A stretch of DNA of 64,000 bases from positions 96,001-160,000 of IMG/VR virus record IMGVR_UViG_3300009514_000888. The stretch is one strand, 5' to 3'. Position 1 is the first letter of the stretch. Each line of letters starts with the position of its first letter. The stretch comes from a virus. Below the pieces are notes generated by a model that saw only the letters and a list, made by a program, of their open reading frames with translations, searched no databases and had not been told where the DNA came from. The translations under genes and the position numbers were made by a program. Below, in pieces: positions 17,274 through 26,934 of this stretch.

Positions 17274-18004
17274 CAGATATTTTGGTTGTTCATCTTGGCT
17301 CTGTGTCCGAGAATGTGGTCGCATCATCCATTTTGCGCGGTCTTTGTAAGAAATATAAGAATCCCAACATCTACTGGGTGGTTGCCAATCAGGACGCTCT
17401 CGGCTTGTGGCGACATAATAAGGATGTCCGTCGATCCATCATGCTTGATGAGTTTGTCAAACATGGGCCTCACAAGGTGGATGTCCTGATTAATTTACAC
17501 CCTAGCTTTGCCAATGATGATTGCATGTCTATTGATGCCGAAGAGCGCATGGGTTTTAATATTAACGAGGGCGCTTCGCATCTGGCCAAAGCCATGTATG
17601 GATATGAAGATAGCAAAATGAGCCTGTTTCAGATTTACTATCGCTTGGCAGGCATGAGATGGAGGGGATCGGGGTATGGCCTGGGATACTTTCCCCAGAC
17701 TAAGAGTAAGAAGAAAAGAGCCGGTATAGCAGTTGCCAACAGTAATTTGAGGCATTATATACTGCCGAAATTAAACTTATCATCGATGACGCTATGGGTT
17801 GTTCCGTTTCGAAAGAATGTATTCCGAAAGATGGATGAGATCAATAGATGTGGCACGATTGTCACAGATGATATGCTTACATTACACTTGTCAATCTTTC
17901 TTCGCAAGTATGTTTACTTCCTGGAGACCATGCCCTTGAATATACGAACAGAGTTTTTCGGCAAAGGACAGGTTTACTCTGTTCCTATGAGCTTACTGAA
18001 ATGA
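17270..18004 (+). CDS. GT9/heptosyltransferase-like protein
   Basis: ILVVHLGSVSENVVASSILRGL..Y.NPNIYWV N-terminal pattern. Confidence 0.6.
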   Translation: MTDILVVHLGSVSENVVASSILRGLCKKYKNPNIYWVVANQDALGLWRHNKDVRRSIMLDEFVKHGPHKVDVLINLHPSFANDDCMSIDAEERMGFNINEGASHLAKAMYGYEDSKMSLFQIYYRLAGMRWRGSGYGLGYFPQTKSKKKRAGIAVANSNLRHYILPKLNLSSMTLWVVPFRKNVFRKMDEINRCGTIVTDDMLTLHLSIFLRKYVYFLETMPLNIRTEFFGKGQVYSVPMSLLK

Positions 18005-18813
18005 GCAAAAGTCACAAGTACACTATTGTAGGAAATCAGACCGCCAATATCCTGGACGACATGGAGCACCCTTTCTATTACCGATCTGAATGCTTCGGAT
18101 TCGGTGAGCGGCAGGTAGGGAAGGGCGTTCGCATATGTATTATAGATACTGGGGTGCCGAGACACAAGGACTTGATCTCCGTGGCAGGCGGAGTGGACCT
18201 GAGTGATGTGTCCGTGACTTCCCGAGATACAGTTGGTCATGCCACTATGTTATCTGGTATCATTGGGGCCTGTAATCCAGATACGCTCGTTGGCATTGCT
18301 CCAGCCGCAGAACTCATCTATGCCAAAGCGGTTAACTCATATGGTAGTTGTCAATATAATGCTCTGATAGCTTCTGTGCTGTGGGCTATCATTAAGAAGT
18401 CTGATATTATCTTGATGTCACTGGGATCATCCACGGATTACTCTGTTTTTCATGATGCCATCAAAAAGGCTCACGGCCATAACGTGGCAGTGATTGCAGC
18501 GGCTAGCCAGGATGGTCAATCGCTTGCTTATCCTGCCAGATACCCAGAAGTATTTGCGGTGGGGGTTGGTAAAAGAACTAAGAGAAAGTCTCGCAAGCCA
18601 GATGATCCTAATTTGTCCGTTCCTATAGAGGAATACTATACAACCTATTTGGGACATACCTATGTCAAGAGTTATGGGGCCAGTCTGGCTGCGGCGCTGA
18701 CAGCTGGTTTGGCTGCTCTGGTCATTGAGAAAAGGACATTATTGGGAGAGGAGAGTATTCCGGTAGATAGTATTTATGAGGAATTGTCGTTTCTCAAATA
18801 CAAGGCTAGATAA
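18001..18813 (+). CDS. Divergent subtilisin-like S8 protease (catalytic domain only)
   Basis: IIDTG, GHATMLSGII, YPARYPEV and GASLAAA present; oxyanion motif altered to AAASQDG. Confidence 0.8.
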   Translation: MSKSHKYTIVGNQTANILDDMEHPFYYRSECFGFGERQVGKGVRICIIDTGVPRHKDLISVAGGVDLSDVSVTSRDTVGHATMLSGIIGACNPDTLVGIAPAAELIYAKAVNSYGSCQYNALIASVLWAIIKKSDIILMSLGSSTDYSVFHDAIKKAHGHNVAVIAAASQDGQSLAYPARYPEVFAVGVGKRTKRKSRKPDDPNLSVPIEEYYTTYLGHTYVKSYGASLAAALTAGLAALVIEKRTLLGEESIPVDSIYEELSFLKYKAR

Positions 18814-18825
18814 AAGGCGAAGAAT

Positions 18826-19242
18826 ATGCCCAAAGAGGATAATACAAAATCATCTCCTGACGAGAATATTTCCGAGCAGAACGCTGGACAGGATGAGATT
18901 ATCAGATTGATGAAAAACCTTCACCAGGCTGAAATACGAGTCGTGAAGAATGACATAGAAGAAGTGAAAAATCAGATTGCGGCTGTTGAGGAAAGACTCA
19001 ATGTCAAGCTGGACCAAATAGACATGGCCCTTCGCGGCAATACCAAGGATGGGGCTACGAACGGGATCGGCCTGTTTGAGCAGTATCGTCGTATGAGAAC
19101 CAATCTCAAGATCATTGCTCTTGCAGTGTTTGTGCTGTATGGCGCGAAAATATACGGGTTGACTCTTGAAAATTTCGTTAAGAACCTCTTCTCCGGAGAG
19201 CAAACCTCTTCCCACGTAGAGAAAGAAATGGAATCAGAATAG
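18826..19242 (+). CDS. Coiled-coil protein with a C-terminal TM segment
   Basis: Heptad pattern followed by IIALAVFVLYGAKIYGL. Confidence 0.65.
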   Translation: MPKEDNTKSSPDENISEQNAGQDEIIRLMKNLHQAEIRVVKNDIEEVKNQIAAVEERLNVKLDQIDMALRGNTKDGATNGIGLFEQYRRMRTNLKIIALAVFVLYGAKIYGLTLENFVKNLFSGEQTSSHVEKEMESE

Positions 19243-19278
19243 CATATCGTTTGGCCGATTCACACTGGGGAGATTCCC

Positions 19279-20352
19279 ATGAGAATAGGCATTTTTTCAA
19301 AACTGGAAATGGCTGGGGGATCGGAGTTTCGTTGCGCTGAAATGGCGAATGGAATTGCTCGTTATTCTGATCACAAAAGTATTCTGATCTCCGAAAAAGA
19401 CATCCCCAGCCGCATATGCGAATACCTGCATCCCGATGTCGAGATGAGGACCAATATCTTTCGCGGGAACACCAGGGATATTGAGTCATTTTACGGCCTG
19501 GACTCGCTGCTGATTATCAATACGGATTCCAAGTCTTTCGCCCATTATGATTACTGGTCAGGGAAGTCCGAAAGGCATGGTGTCTCCATAGACCTTACTC
19601 GCGTGAAGCAGATGGTTTTCCTGTTCAATTTTTTGGTCAGCCCATCCCAGCATCTTCATACGCTCGAAAAGTACTGTCGTAACATACGCATCTTGACAAC
19701 CAATACCAAGTTTTTCGACGAGATCAATAAACAAGATAGGTATCTGCAAGTTCGTCATTTTCCCAGGATGATTTTGCGCAGTCCCATTGATCCTGACAGA
19801 TATACAACATCAAAGAACCATAGTTGCGAAACAGGCAAGGTTAGATTGGGGATGCACTCAAAGGGGGTTGATAATAAATGGAATGATGGATGGGCGAAAC
19901 TGATTGAGATGTGTAACGAAAGGCTGGGAGATAGGATTGAGTTCGATTTTATGGGGATGAATAGCAAAATAGCTTATACGCTTAAAGACTTCCAGAATGT
20001 AATCTGCCGCAAAGAAGACAGTATCTCTGTTAAGGAATATTTGTCAGGTATCGATATATTTACATTCCTTCCGTCCTGGAAGCGAGAGGAGCCTTGGTCG
20101 AGAGTTGTGGCCGAAGCTATGATGAGCCAATGCCCTATTATTGCGACTAATCGCGGCGGGAATGTTGACCAGGTGATACCTGGAAATAATGGCTATCTGT
20201 GCAAAGATATTGACCAGTTCTTCAAGAACACTGTTCACCTGGTTAATCATTCCGTTCTTAGGGCGCAGATGGCAGAGAATTCCAGGCGGTTATCTAGGGA
20301 TTTCAGGACGAATAAAGTGATAGAACAATTCCTTGAGTTTATTGAGGGCTGA
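19279..20352 (+). CDS. Glycosyltransferase family 4 (GT-B)
   Basis: AGGSE and EPWSRVVAEAM..PIIATNRGGNVDQV motifs. Confidence 0.88.
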   Translation: MRIGIFSKLEMAGGSEFRCAEMANGIARYSDHKSILISEKDIPSRICEYLHPDVEMRTNIFRGNTRDIESFYGLDSLLIINTDSKSFAHYDYWSGKSERHGVSIDLTRVKQMVFLFNFLVSPSQHLHTLEKYCRNIRILTTNTKFFDEINKQDRYLQVRHFPRMILRSPIDPDRYTTSKNHSCETGKVRLGMHSKGVDNKWNDGWAKLIEMCNERLGDRIEFDFMGMNSKIAYTLKDFQNVICRKEDSISVKEYLSGIDIFTFLPSWKREEPWSRVVAEAMMSQCPIIATNRGGNVDQVIPGNNGYLCKDIDQFFKNTVHLVNHSVLRAQMAENSRRLSRDFRTNKVIEQFLEFIEG

Positions 20353-20353
20353 T

Positions 20354-21229
20354 ATGGATGCTGAATTACGAAAACAACTGCACGAAGCAAAGCAGAGATA
20401 TGCTGCGGAATTGGAGGAGCTGGAGAAGCATCCAACTCTGGTGTCTTTGCATCAGAACACCAGATATTGGGATGGGGAATTCACGAAACCATGTATTCGT
20501 CAATACAAGATTTCTCTTTGCACCACCTGCATGGGAAGGCTGGAATGCCTTAAGCAAACGCTGCCAAAGAATATGGAGGACAATAAAACATATCCTAACG
20601 CGGAATTTCTGATACTGGACTATAACAGCAAGGATGGACTCGGAGACTGGGTGAGGGACAATATGATGCATCATATCGAATCCGGGAGATTGGTATACTG
20701 CCGAACCGAAGACCCAGAGTTTTATAGTATGACACATTCCAGAAACTTGGCTTTCAAATTGGCAAGCGGAGAAATCGTCAATAACGTAGATGCAGATAAC
20801 TACGTGAATCAAGACTTTATTTTCTACTTGAATAGACTGGCAAACCAGGTTGGGCAAAAATCTATATTTGCCAAGGGTCGTCGCATGCTCCGCGGGCGTC
20901 TGGGATTCTTCAAGCATGAATTCATGGATATCCTGGGCGGATATGAGGAAGACATTGAGGACTATGGGCATGATGATCATGATCTGATGTATAGAGCATA
21001 TGCTTTCGGATTTACGCTGATGTGGTATGGAGGTCAGTTTTATGATAATACTGGCTCCAGTAAACATCAAACAGGTAATATGAAAAACGTTCATTGGAAA
21101 AATACAGAACTCAGAAACAAAGTGATATCTACCAGGAATTTGATTGCCGGGAAGCTCAAGGCAAACTGGGGGCGGGAATGGGGCAAGGCACATGTGGTTA
21201 AGAATTTCGCCGAGGAGATAGATGTTTGA
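20354..21229 (+). CDS. Glycosyltransferase family 2
   Basis: SLCTTCMGR, LILDYNSKD, SRNLAF, NVDAD, GGYEE and YGHDD motifs. Confidence 0.88.
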   Translation: MDAELRKQLHEAKQRYAAELEELEKHPTLVSLHQNTRYWDGEFTKPCIRQYKISLCTTCMGRLECLKQTLPKNMEDNKTYPNAEFLILDYNSKDGLGDWVRDNMMHHIESGRLVYCRTEDPEFYSMTHSRNLAFKLASGEIVNNVDADNYVNQDFIFYLNRLANQVGQKSIFAKGRRMLRGRLGFFKHEFMDILGGYEEDIEDYGHDDHDLMYRAYAFGFTLMWYGGQFYDNTGSSKHQTGNMKNVHWKNTELRNKVISTRNLIAGKLKANWGREWGKAHVVKNFAEEIDV

Positions 21230-21281
21230 AACATCAAAAGGCATATTCATAGACCTTGGGAGTCATGATGGCGATGTATAG
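21222..21281 (+). pseudogene. 19-codon remnant resembling the start of an FkbM-type methyltransferase
   Basis: GAGGAG RBS, MFETSKGIFIDLGSHDGDV then TAG. Confidence 0.45.
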
Positions 21282-21299
21282 ATATCCGGACGGCCTACA

Positions 21300-22073
21300 A
21301 TGAAGAATTTTATGGTAGCCAATTTGCGCGGCAAGGGTCGGTATGATGACCAGAAAATACAGACTCTTCTCAAGGCTCAAATTGAGAATAGTATAGAGGT
21401 TGGATGGTCTAGGTCTGATATCATTGTCCTGTCTAATTTTGAGTTTGAATACATGGGCGTCCGGCCTATCCTGACAGACTTGAATAAGTTCTGCTGGACA
21501 GGCTCCAAGATGTTCGGTATGAAATACCTCATGGATAATAATCTGGTATCTGATGGCATCATATGGGCGCGCGATCTAGACGCATGGCAAGGAGTATGGT
21601 TTGAGGAACCTGATGTGGCCGATGTTGGAGCGTCATATTATAGCCGTCCCACTTTTAATGGAGGAAGCGTGTTTTGGAGATTATCTGCTAAAGATATTGT
21701 AGATGATATTGTTGACAGGCTCGTTCAGGATAAGTCCAAAAGAGAAGAGCCTACGCTGAATGAGGTATTTAAGAGCGAACAATATAGCAGCCGAGTTACT
21801 GTGCTAAATTGCACGTATAATGTAGGGTGCTCAGGATATGTTCCCAGATATGAGCGCAGTATTAAGCCCATTCGAGTCTATCATTTCCACCCGTATAATC
21901 GCATTGCGTGGGAAACGCATTGCTTAGACAGAAATGGCCTGGGAGAAAAAGGACTGAATATCAGGCTAGAAAAACTCATTCGTAGGCATTATCCCAACCT
22001 CGCCACTGAATTGAGCGAAGAGGGCAAGTTGAGAGCCAAGCAAAAACGAGAAGATAGAATGGTCAAGAAATAA
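21300..22073 (+). CDS. Putative nucleotide-sugar transferase-like protein
   Basis: WARDLDAW (DxD-like), FNGGSVF, EEPTLN and YNVG motifs; GT context. Confidence 0.55.
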   Translation: MKNFMVANLRGKGRYDDQKIQTLLKAQIENSIEVGWSRSDIIVLSNFEFEYMGVRPILTDLNKFCWTGSKMFGMKYLMDNNLVSDGIIWARDLDAWQGVWFEEPDVADVGASYYSRPTFNGGSVFWRLSAKDIVDDIVDRLVQDKSKREEPTLNEVFKSEQYSSRVTVLNCTYNVGCSGYVPRYERSIKPIRVYHFHPYNRIAWETHCLDRNGLGEKGLNIRLEKLIRRHYPNLATELSEEGKLRAKQKREDRMVKK

Positions 22074-22663
22074 TGGGTTATGATAGCAAATATTACAGCA
22101 GACATTTGGTGCAATATCGAGATTGGGAAATGTCTATATCTCGGGATATTGTCAGCAGATATGGAATCAAGTCCATCATTGATTTGGGGTGCGGCGTCGG
22201 ATCATACCTGGAGGGGGCGCATGAGATGGGCATCCGCCCTTTACTTGGCTTAGAAATTAACTACAACATATCCAGGCATTTTACGCCTGCCGATATTTTA
22301 CCGTATATCAAAAAAGCAGATATTACACAACCCTTGGACTTCGGCAAGTTTGATTGCGCATGGTCCATAGAGGCCGCAGAGCATATTCGGACAGAAGGGA
22401 CCGAGCAATTCCTGGAAAATCTGTGTAATTCCGCCGAGAGATATGTTGTTATGTCTGCTGCTCCGCCAGGGCAAAAAGGAACAGGCCATATTAACCTGCG
22501 GCCTCAGTCATTCTGGATTAAGGAAATTGCGAGCAGAGGCTTCGCCTATCTGCCCGAGGAAGCTGAAAAAACGGTCGAGGTATGGGCGGATTGGAATCGA
22601 AAGAAAATACATAAGGTGCCTTGGTACCTGTATCGTAATCTCATGATATTCCTCAAGCCATAA
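22073..22663 (+). CDS. Class I SAM methyltransferase
   Basis: IIDLGCGVG, FDCAWSIEAAEH and GQKGTGHIN motifs. Confidence 0.88.
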   Translation: MGYDSKYYSRHLVQYRDWEMSISRDIVSRYGIKSIIDLGCGVGSYLEGAHEMGIRPLLGLEINYNISRHFTPADILPYIKKADITQPLDFGKFDCAWSIEAAEHIRTEGTEQFLENLCNSAERYVVMSAAPPGQKGTGHINLRPQSFWIKEIASRGFAYLPEEAEKTVEVWADWNRKKIHKVPWYLYRNLMIFLKP

Positions 22664-23565
22664 TGCCAGATAAGCCAGATATCCCTAGAGAGGTCATACA
22701 GCAGAGTCGGTTGTTGAGAACGATTTATGCGGGTTCAGACAAACCGACTCTGTTTACGCCTAATTACGGGGAATTTGGGCCTGTCCCGGACAAGATTATT
22801 CCTCTAGTTCATTATTTTGACAGTCCCCATAAAGCGGTTTGCTGCAAACGCGGAGATGAAGTTTTCTATCCTACCGCAAGCGAATTCTATTATGACTGGG
22901 AAGACTATATTGAGGATGAATATCGCTGGGGAGTTTTTGCTTACAAAAATAAATCCAAGAATCCCAAGATAGATGAACACGTTCGTATTTATCACGAACA
23001 GTTTCAGAAGATATTAGACCAATATGGGAGCCAATTCACATACATCCATATTTGGAAATTCCAGGTGGATCACTTGTGGAATGAATATGGCTGTCAGTTT
23101 CCGGTAAGCCTGCAACCGCTGATCACCAGACATATTCAAGCGGATATTGTCATATCCCCTAGAAACAGAAAATCCAGACCAGAAAACAATCTCATGATTT
23201 GGGATCAATTTATTGAAGCCATGCATACACATGGACATTCCGTTGGAAGTATTGGAGTTAAACACTATTCTTTAGAATTGGCACATTGCGATGTCAACTC
23301 ATGGGACTATGAAGACAATAGTAGCGCCGTCGTAGAGATGTTGCAAAATTGTAAGCTCTATGTGGGGCTGGATACTGGATCATCGCACTTGGCGTCCCTG
23401 CTGTCTGTTCCTATGATTGTTTTTTCACATGCTAATCAAAGATACTATCATACCGAATTGATGAGCAGGAGAACGTCGGGATACTATTTGGATTTGGGGA
23501 AAACCATAGATGACATCGAAATAGTAATAGACAAGACATTGGAGTATCTGAATGGCTCACAATAA
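22663..23565 (+). CDS. GT9-like protein
   Basis: YVGLDTGSSHLASLLSVPMIVF motif. Confidence 0.65.
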   Translation: MPDKPDIPREVIQQSRLLRTIYAGSDKPTLFTPNYGEFGPVPDKIIPLVHYFDSPHKAVCCKRGDEVFYPTASEFYYDWEDYIEDEYRWGVFAYKNKSKNPKIDEHVRIYHEQFQKILDQYGSQFTYIHIWKFQVDHLWNEYGCQFPVSLQPLITRHIQADIVISPRNRKSRPENNLMIWDQFIEAMHTHGHSVGSIGVKHYSLELAHCDVNSWDYEDNSSAVVEMLQNCKLYVGLDTGSSHLASLLSVPMIVFSHANQRYYHTELMSRRTSGYYLDLGKTIDDIEIVIDKTLEYLNGSQ

Positions 23566-24847
23566 ATACAATTGGGGTATTCTAACAGATACAGATGTTG
23601 AACTTATCATGGAATCTCTGTCTATGCTCGTCGAAAGATTTGGACGGGAAGAAACCCTGAAAGTCATGGAGGTTGGCGTCTGTCGCGGCAAGACCAGCCG
23701 AGGTATCAAGCATGAACTCGACAGACTGAGGGCAGTATATGAATATTGGGCCGTGGATTCAGGCGCAGGTATGGCAGGCAATGTGCTGCCGCCATTTGAG
23801 GGATGTAGGCTAGTGATTGGGAACTCGGAGGAATCATATATGGAGTTCCCTGATGATCTGCATTGGGTTTTTATTGATGGATGTCATTGTATTAATCATG
23901 TTATGTTGGATATACTGCATTATGCTCCCAAAGTTAGAGATGGCGGATTGATTGTTTTGCATGACACTAGCCCGCTTGCACAGGCTTGTAATCGACATCC
24001 GCCAGACTATCAAAAGCATGGACCCAGACATGCCGATTTTGGGACGGCTATTTTAGCGGCATTTGACAAATTGGACGTAGAGCATCGCCGAGATATGCAA
24101 TTGGTTCGATCTGCTCAAGACGAAGATGCATGTTGGGGAGGGGTATCGGTATTTAAGAAGGTCAAGAACCCAGAGGGAGCTCCGGTATATAGGGGCAAGG
24201 AGGGGCAGGACCGTTGGGCGATGGAGGTGCTGGGATATAAGCGCAATGGATACTTTGTGGATATTGGAGCACACAATGGGTACAACGATAGCAACTCCTA
24301 TGTCATGGAAAAATACTTCGACTGGGAAGGCATTTGCGTAGAGCCTAATACATATACCGAGGGCGAATTGCGCAAATATCGAAATTGCCATATCGAAACA
24401 TCATGTATTTCTGATGTCAATGGAGAAGTCGATTTTGTGCAGAGAGGGAGAAGAAAACAAGTCTCAGGTATTTATCATCCGGACGCCGACGAACATGTAC
24501 TTAGTCCGGTTGACCAATATAAACATCCACTCATCAAAAAGCCGTCGCTTACGCTAATCGCCCTATTGAAGAAATATCAGGCTCCCAGAATTATTGATTA
24601 TCTCAGCGTTGATGTGGAGGGCGCAGAACACCTGATACTCCAGGGGTTCGACTTCTCCAGATACAAGTTCTTGACTTTAACGATTGAACACAATTATTTT
24701 GAGGGCAATGGCTTTCCAAAGAAGAACCTCCAAAGAAGGCAGAAGGTGCAAGATACCCTTTTGTCCAATGGGTATCATCTGAATAAAACAGTAGTTGCCG
24801 ATGATTGGTTCTCGGTTTGGGAAGGACAGTCAACTACCCTCAGCTAA
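23552..24847 (+). CDS. Two-domain methyltransferase (Methyltransf_24-like plus FkbM-like)
   Basis: EVGVCRG..FIDGCH..HD followed by FVDIGAHNG..EPN..LSVDVEGAE; the last residues come from the inserted IS end. Confidence 0.85.
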   Translation: MAHNKYNWGILTDTDVELIMESLSMLVERFGREETLKVMEVGVCRGKTSRGIKHELDRLRAVYEYWAVDSGAGMAGNVLPPFEGCRLVIGNSEESYMEFPDDLHWVFIDGCHCINHVMLDILHYAPKVRDGGLIVLHDTSPLAQACNRHPPDYQKHGPRHADFGTAILAAFDKLDVEHRRDMQLVRSAQDEDACWGGVSVFKKVKNPEGAPVYRGKEGQDRWAMEVLGYKRNGYFVDIGAHNGYNDSNSYVMEKYFDWEGICVEPNTYTEGELRKYRNCHIETSCISDVNGEVDFVQRGRRKQVSGIYHPDADEHVLSPVDQYKHPLIKKPSLTLIALLKKYQAPRIIDYLSVDVEGAEHLILQGFDFSRYKFLTLTIEHNYFEGNGFPKKNLQRRQKVQDTLLSNGYHLNKTVVADDWFSVWEGQSTTLS

Positions 24848-25127
24848 AGCACGAGGGCTTGTCAGAGAGAGCTGACATCTTGAAAGATTCGTAGAATCTT
24901 TCAAGAGTTGACTAGACTAAGCAGAAAGGAGTGTTCTCCTAATATGCTACGTTAAGAGAGCTACAAGTACCAAGGGATGCCGCCCTAGTCCCCTGCTCTA
25001 CGCTAGACCTCTTTAATAGCACGTTTCCTGCAAAAGCAGGAAACTAAGCTCTCTTAACATTGTCGAAGGGCAATATACACAGGTTCCCAGTCCTGGCTTA
25101 CCGCATTAAAACTGGAACAAAAACACT
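24829..25127 (+). ncRNA. omegaRNA (HEARO-like) scaffold
   Basis: GTCAAC/GTTGAC pairing; GACTAAG, CTACGTT, CCTAGTCC and CATTGTCGAAGG motifs; 12-bp and 9-bp perfect hairpins. Confidence 0.82.
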
Positions 25128-26144
25128 ATGTTCATGCCAGTAGTTCATTCTGATCAGCAGCCCTTGATGCCAACAACGTCGAGCAGGGCGAGGCGTTGGA
25201 TGGCTCAAGGCAGGGCTACTGGATTCTACAAGAAAGGAGTATTCTGTGTTCGACTCAACGTAACTCCATCAGACACCAAAACCCAGACAATCGCTGTAGG
25301 CATCGATCCAGGATCAAAGCGAGAAGCTTACACAGTTAAATCGCAATCTCATACATACCTCAATCTGCTGTCTGACGCAGTAGATTGGGTGAAGGAAGCA
25401 GTAGAACAACGCCGTAACATGCGACGAGCAAGACGCTCCAGGAAAACCAGATATCGAATTGCCAGATTCAATAACAGAAAAAAGAGCAAGATTGCGCCTT
25501 CCACGAAATCCAGGTGGCACCTGAAACTTAGAATCTGTGATTTATTGTCACAGATATTCCCTGTATCACAGTTCGTTGTTGAAGACATCAAAGCTAAAAC
25601 AACTGGTAAAAAGCGCTGGGACACCAGTTTCTCCCCTCTTGAAGTAGGCAAGCAGTGGTTTTATGAGCAGCTGAGTAGTTTTGCTCATGTTGTGACCAGA
25701 CAGGGATATGAGACAAAAGCGTTGAGAGACGAACTGGGACTCAAGAAGTCGAGTTCTAAGTTAGCTGACAAGTTTGAGTGTCACAATGTAGACAGTTGGG
25801 TTCTTGCGAATGCCGCCGTTGGCGGTCATTCGCATCCGGACAACAAGAGGATACATAGGCTACATCTGATCAGGTTGCACAGGAGACAGTTGCATGCGTT
25901 TCAGCATGGTAAGGGCGGCGTTCGCCGCCCTTACGGAGGGACGCGTAGTTTGGGATTTAAGCGAGGAAGCTTCGTACAGCACAAGAGGAGAGGAGTATGC
26001 TTTGTAGGCGGGACGAGCAAGGACAGGGTCAGTTTGCATTGTATGCAAACTGGCAAGCGTTTAACGCAATCAGCTGAAGTTGTTGATTGCAGATTTTTGA
26101 GTTATTCTAGTTGGAGAGTAGGCATCGTTTCCTCCCCACACTAA
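25128..26144 (+). CDS. isrB: IsrB RNA-guided nickase (PLMP plus split RuvC, no HNH)
   Basis: PLMP, GIDPG (RuvC-I), Arg-rich bridge helix, VVED (RuvC-II), HNVD (RuvC-III); 338 aa. Confidence 0.85.
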   Translation: MFMPVVHSDQQPLMPTTSSRARRWMAQGRATGFYKKGVFCVRLNVTPSDTKTQTIAVGIDPGSKREAYTVKSQSHTYLNLLSDAVDWVKEAVEQRRNMRRARRSRKTRYRIARFNNRKKSKIAPSTKSRWHLKLRICDLLSQIFPVSQFVVEDIKAKTTGKKRWDTSFSPLEVGKQWFYEQLSSFAHVVTRQGYETKALRDELGLKKSSSKLADKFECHNVDSWVLANAAVGGHSHPDNKRIHRLHLIRLHRRQLHAFQHGKGGVRRPYGGTRSLGFKRGSFVQHKRRGVCFVGGTSKDRVSLHCMQTGKRLTQSAEVVDCRFLSYSSWRVGIVSSPH

Positions 26145-26175
26145 AGTATTGGGGGTTTCCACGATGCTGATCACT

Positions 26176-26934
26176 ATGATTTTTCTGCATAATGGTGCAA
26201 CAGGAGATATCGTTTATTCTCTGCCCTCGGCAATCGCAATGGGAGGAGGGCACTACCAGGTCAAAAAGCCAGGCCAGTTCCGCCTTCTCAAACGGCTCCT
26301 CGAAGCACAGCCCTACCTGACGCAAGTATCTCATTACAATAAGCTCACTGGATATGCACAGTTCGGAGATCAGCCCTTTTTCGACTTTGATAGATATAGG
26401 GAACATCCCAGGGTCAAGAGGTTTTATGACCATCCAGAAGAGGCGATTAATATCGCCAAAGCCCATCTGGAAACCGCCAATGTTCATTTTGATCTTGCCC
26501 AACAATGGCTATTCAATATAGAACCAAAAACGGAGGCAGATATCGTCATCCATAAGACCGAGAAGTATCGTAACTTTGAAGGCAAGAACTATATTCCTAC
26601 AATCGACTGGACGCTTTTGGAGGCATATGCAGATCGGTGCGTGTTTGTGGGATATGAGAAGGAACAAAAGATATTTAATCGCTGGTATACAGACCGCAAA
26701 TTCGAAGTCCCCTGGTATGGCTGCCAAGATATCTACGAAATGGCTCAGATCATTGCTGGGTCGAAGATGTTCATAGGCAATCAGTCCATCGGATTTGCTG
26801 CGGCAGAAGGCATGAAACACCCCAGGGTTCAGGAAACATGCCTGCGCATACCGAACTGTTTGCCGCATGGCAAGGACGGCCATACAGAATTGAGCATAGA
26901 GCTGATTGAGAAATACCTGAATAGGACAGCATGA
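26176..26934 (+). CDS. GT9-like protein
   Basis: GATGDIVYSLP and FIGNQSIGFAAAEG motifs. Confidence 0.65.
   Translation: MIFLHNGATGDIVYSLPSAIAMGGGHYQVKKPGQFRLLKRLLEAQPYLTQVSHYNKLTGYAQFGDQPFFDFDRYREHPRVKRFYDHPEEAINIAKAHLETANVHFDLAQQWLFNIEPKTEADIVIHKTEKYRNFEGKNYIPTIDWTLLEAYADRCVFVGYEKEQKIFNRWYTDRKFEVPWYGCQDIYEMAQIIAGSKMFIGNQSIGFAAAEGMKHPRVQETCLRIPNCLPHGKDGHTELSIELIEKYLNRTA

Larger units (their letters stand above)
24829..26175 (+). mobile_element. Non-autonomous IS200/IS605-family OMEGA element (IsrB plus omegaRNA), 1347 bp
   Basis: GTCAACTACCC..CTAAAG..GGGCTTG 5' end; TTCCTCCCC..CTAAAG..GGGGGTTTCC 3' hairpin; removal restores CAA-TGA/ATG gene coupling; no tnpA. Confidence 0.88.

Noticed and set aside
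20366-21250. Long antisense ORFs (294 aa here; also 48526-49407, 59389-60123 and 63242-63958)
   Set aside because: They lie opposite well-supported genes and show no motifs; treated as shadow ORFs.
25128-26144. IscB, TnpB or Cas9 assignment
   Set aside because: The PLMP domain and upstream omegaRNA exclude TnpB; there is no HNH between RuvC-II and RuvC-III and the length is 338 aa, which fits IsrB.
26149-26175. ORF-track N-terminal extensions (26149 start; likewise 34261 start of the minus-strand ORF)
   Set aside because: These extensions are translated IS terminal hairpin sequence; the true starts are the ATGA at 26176 and at 34201.
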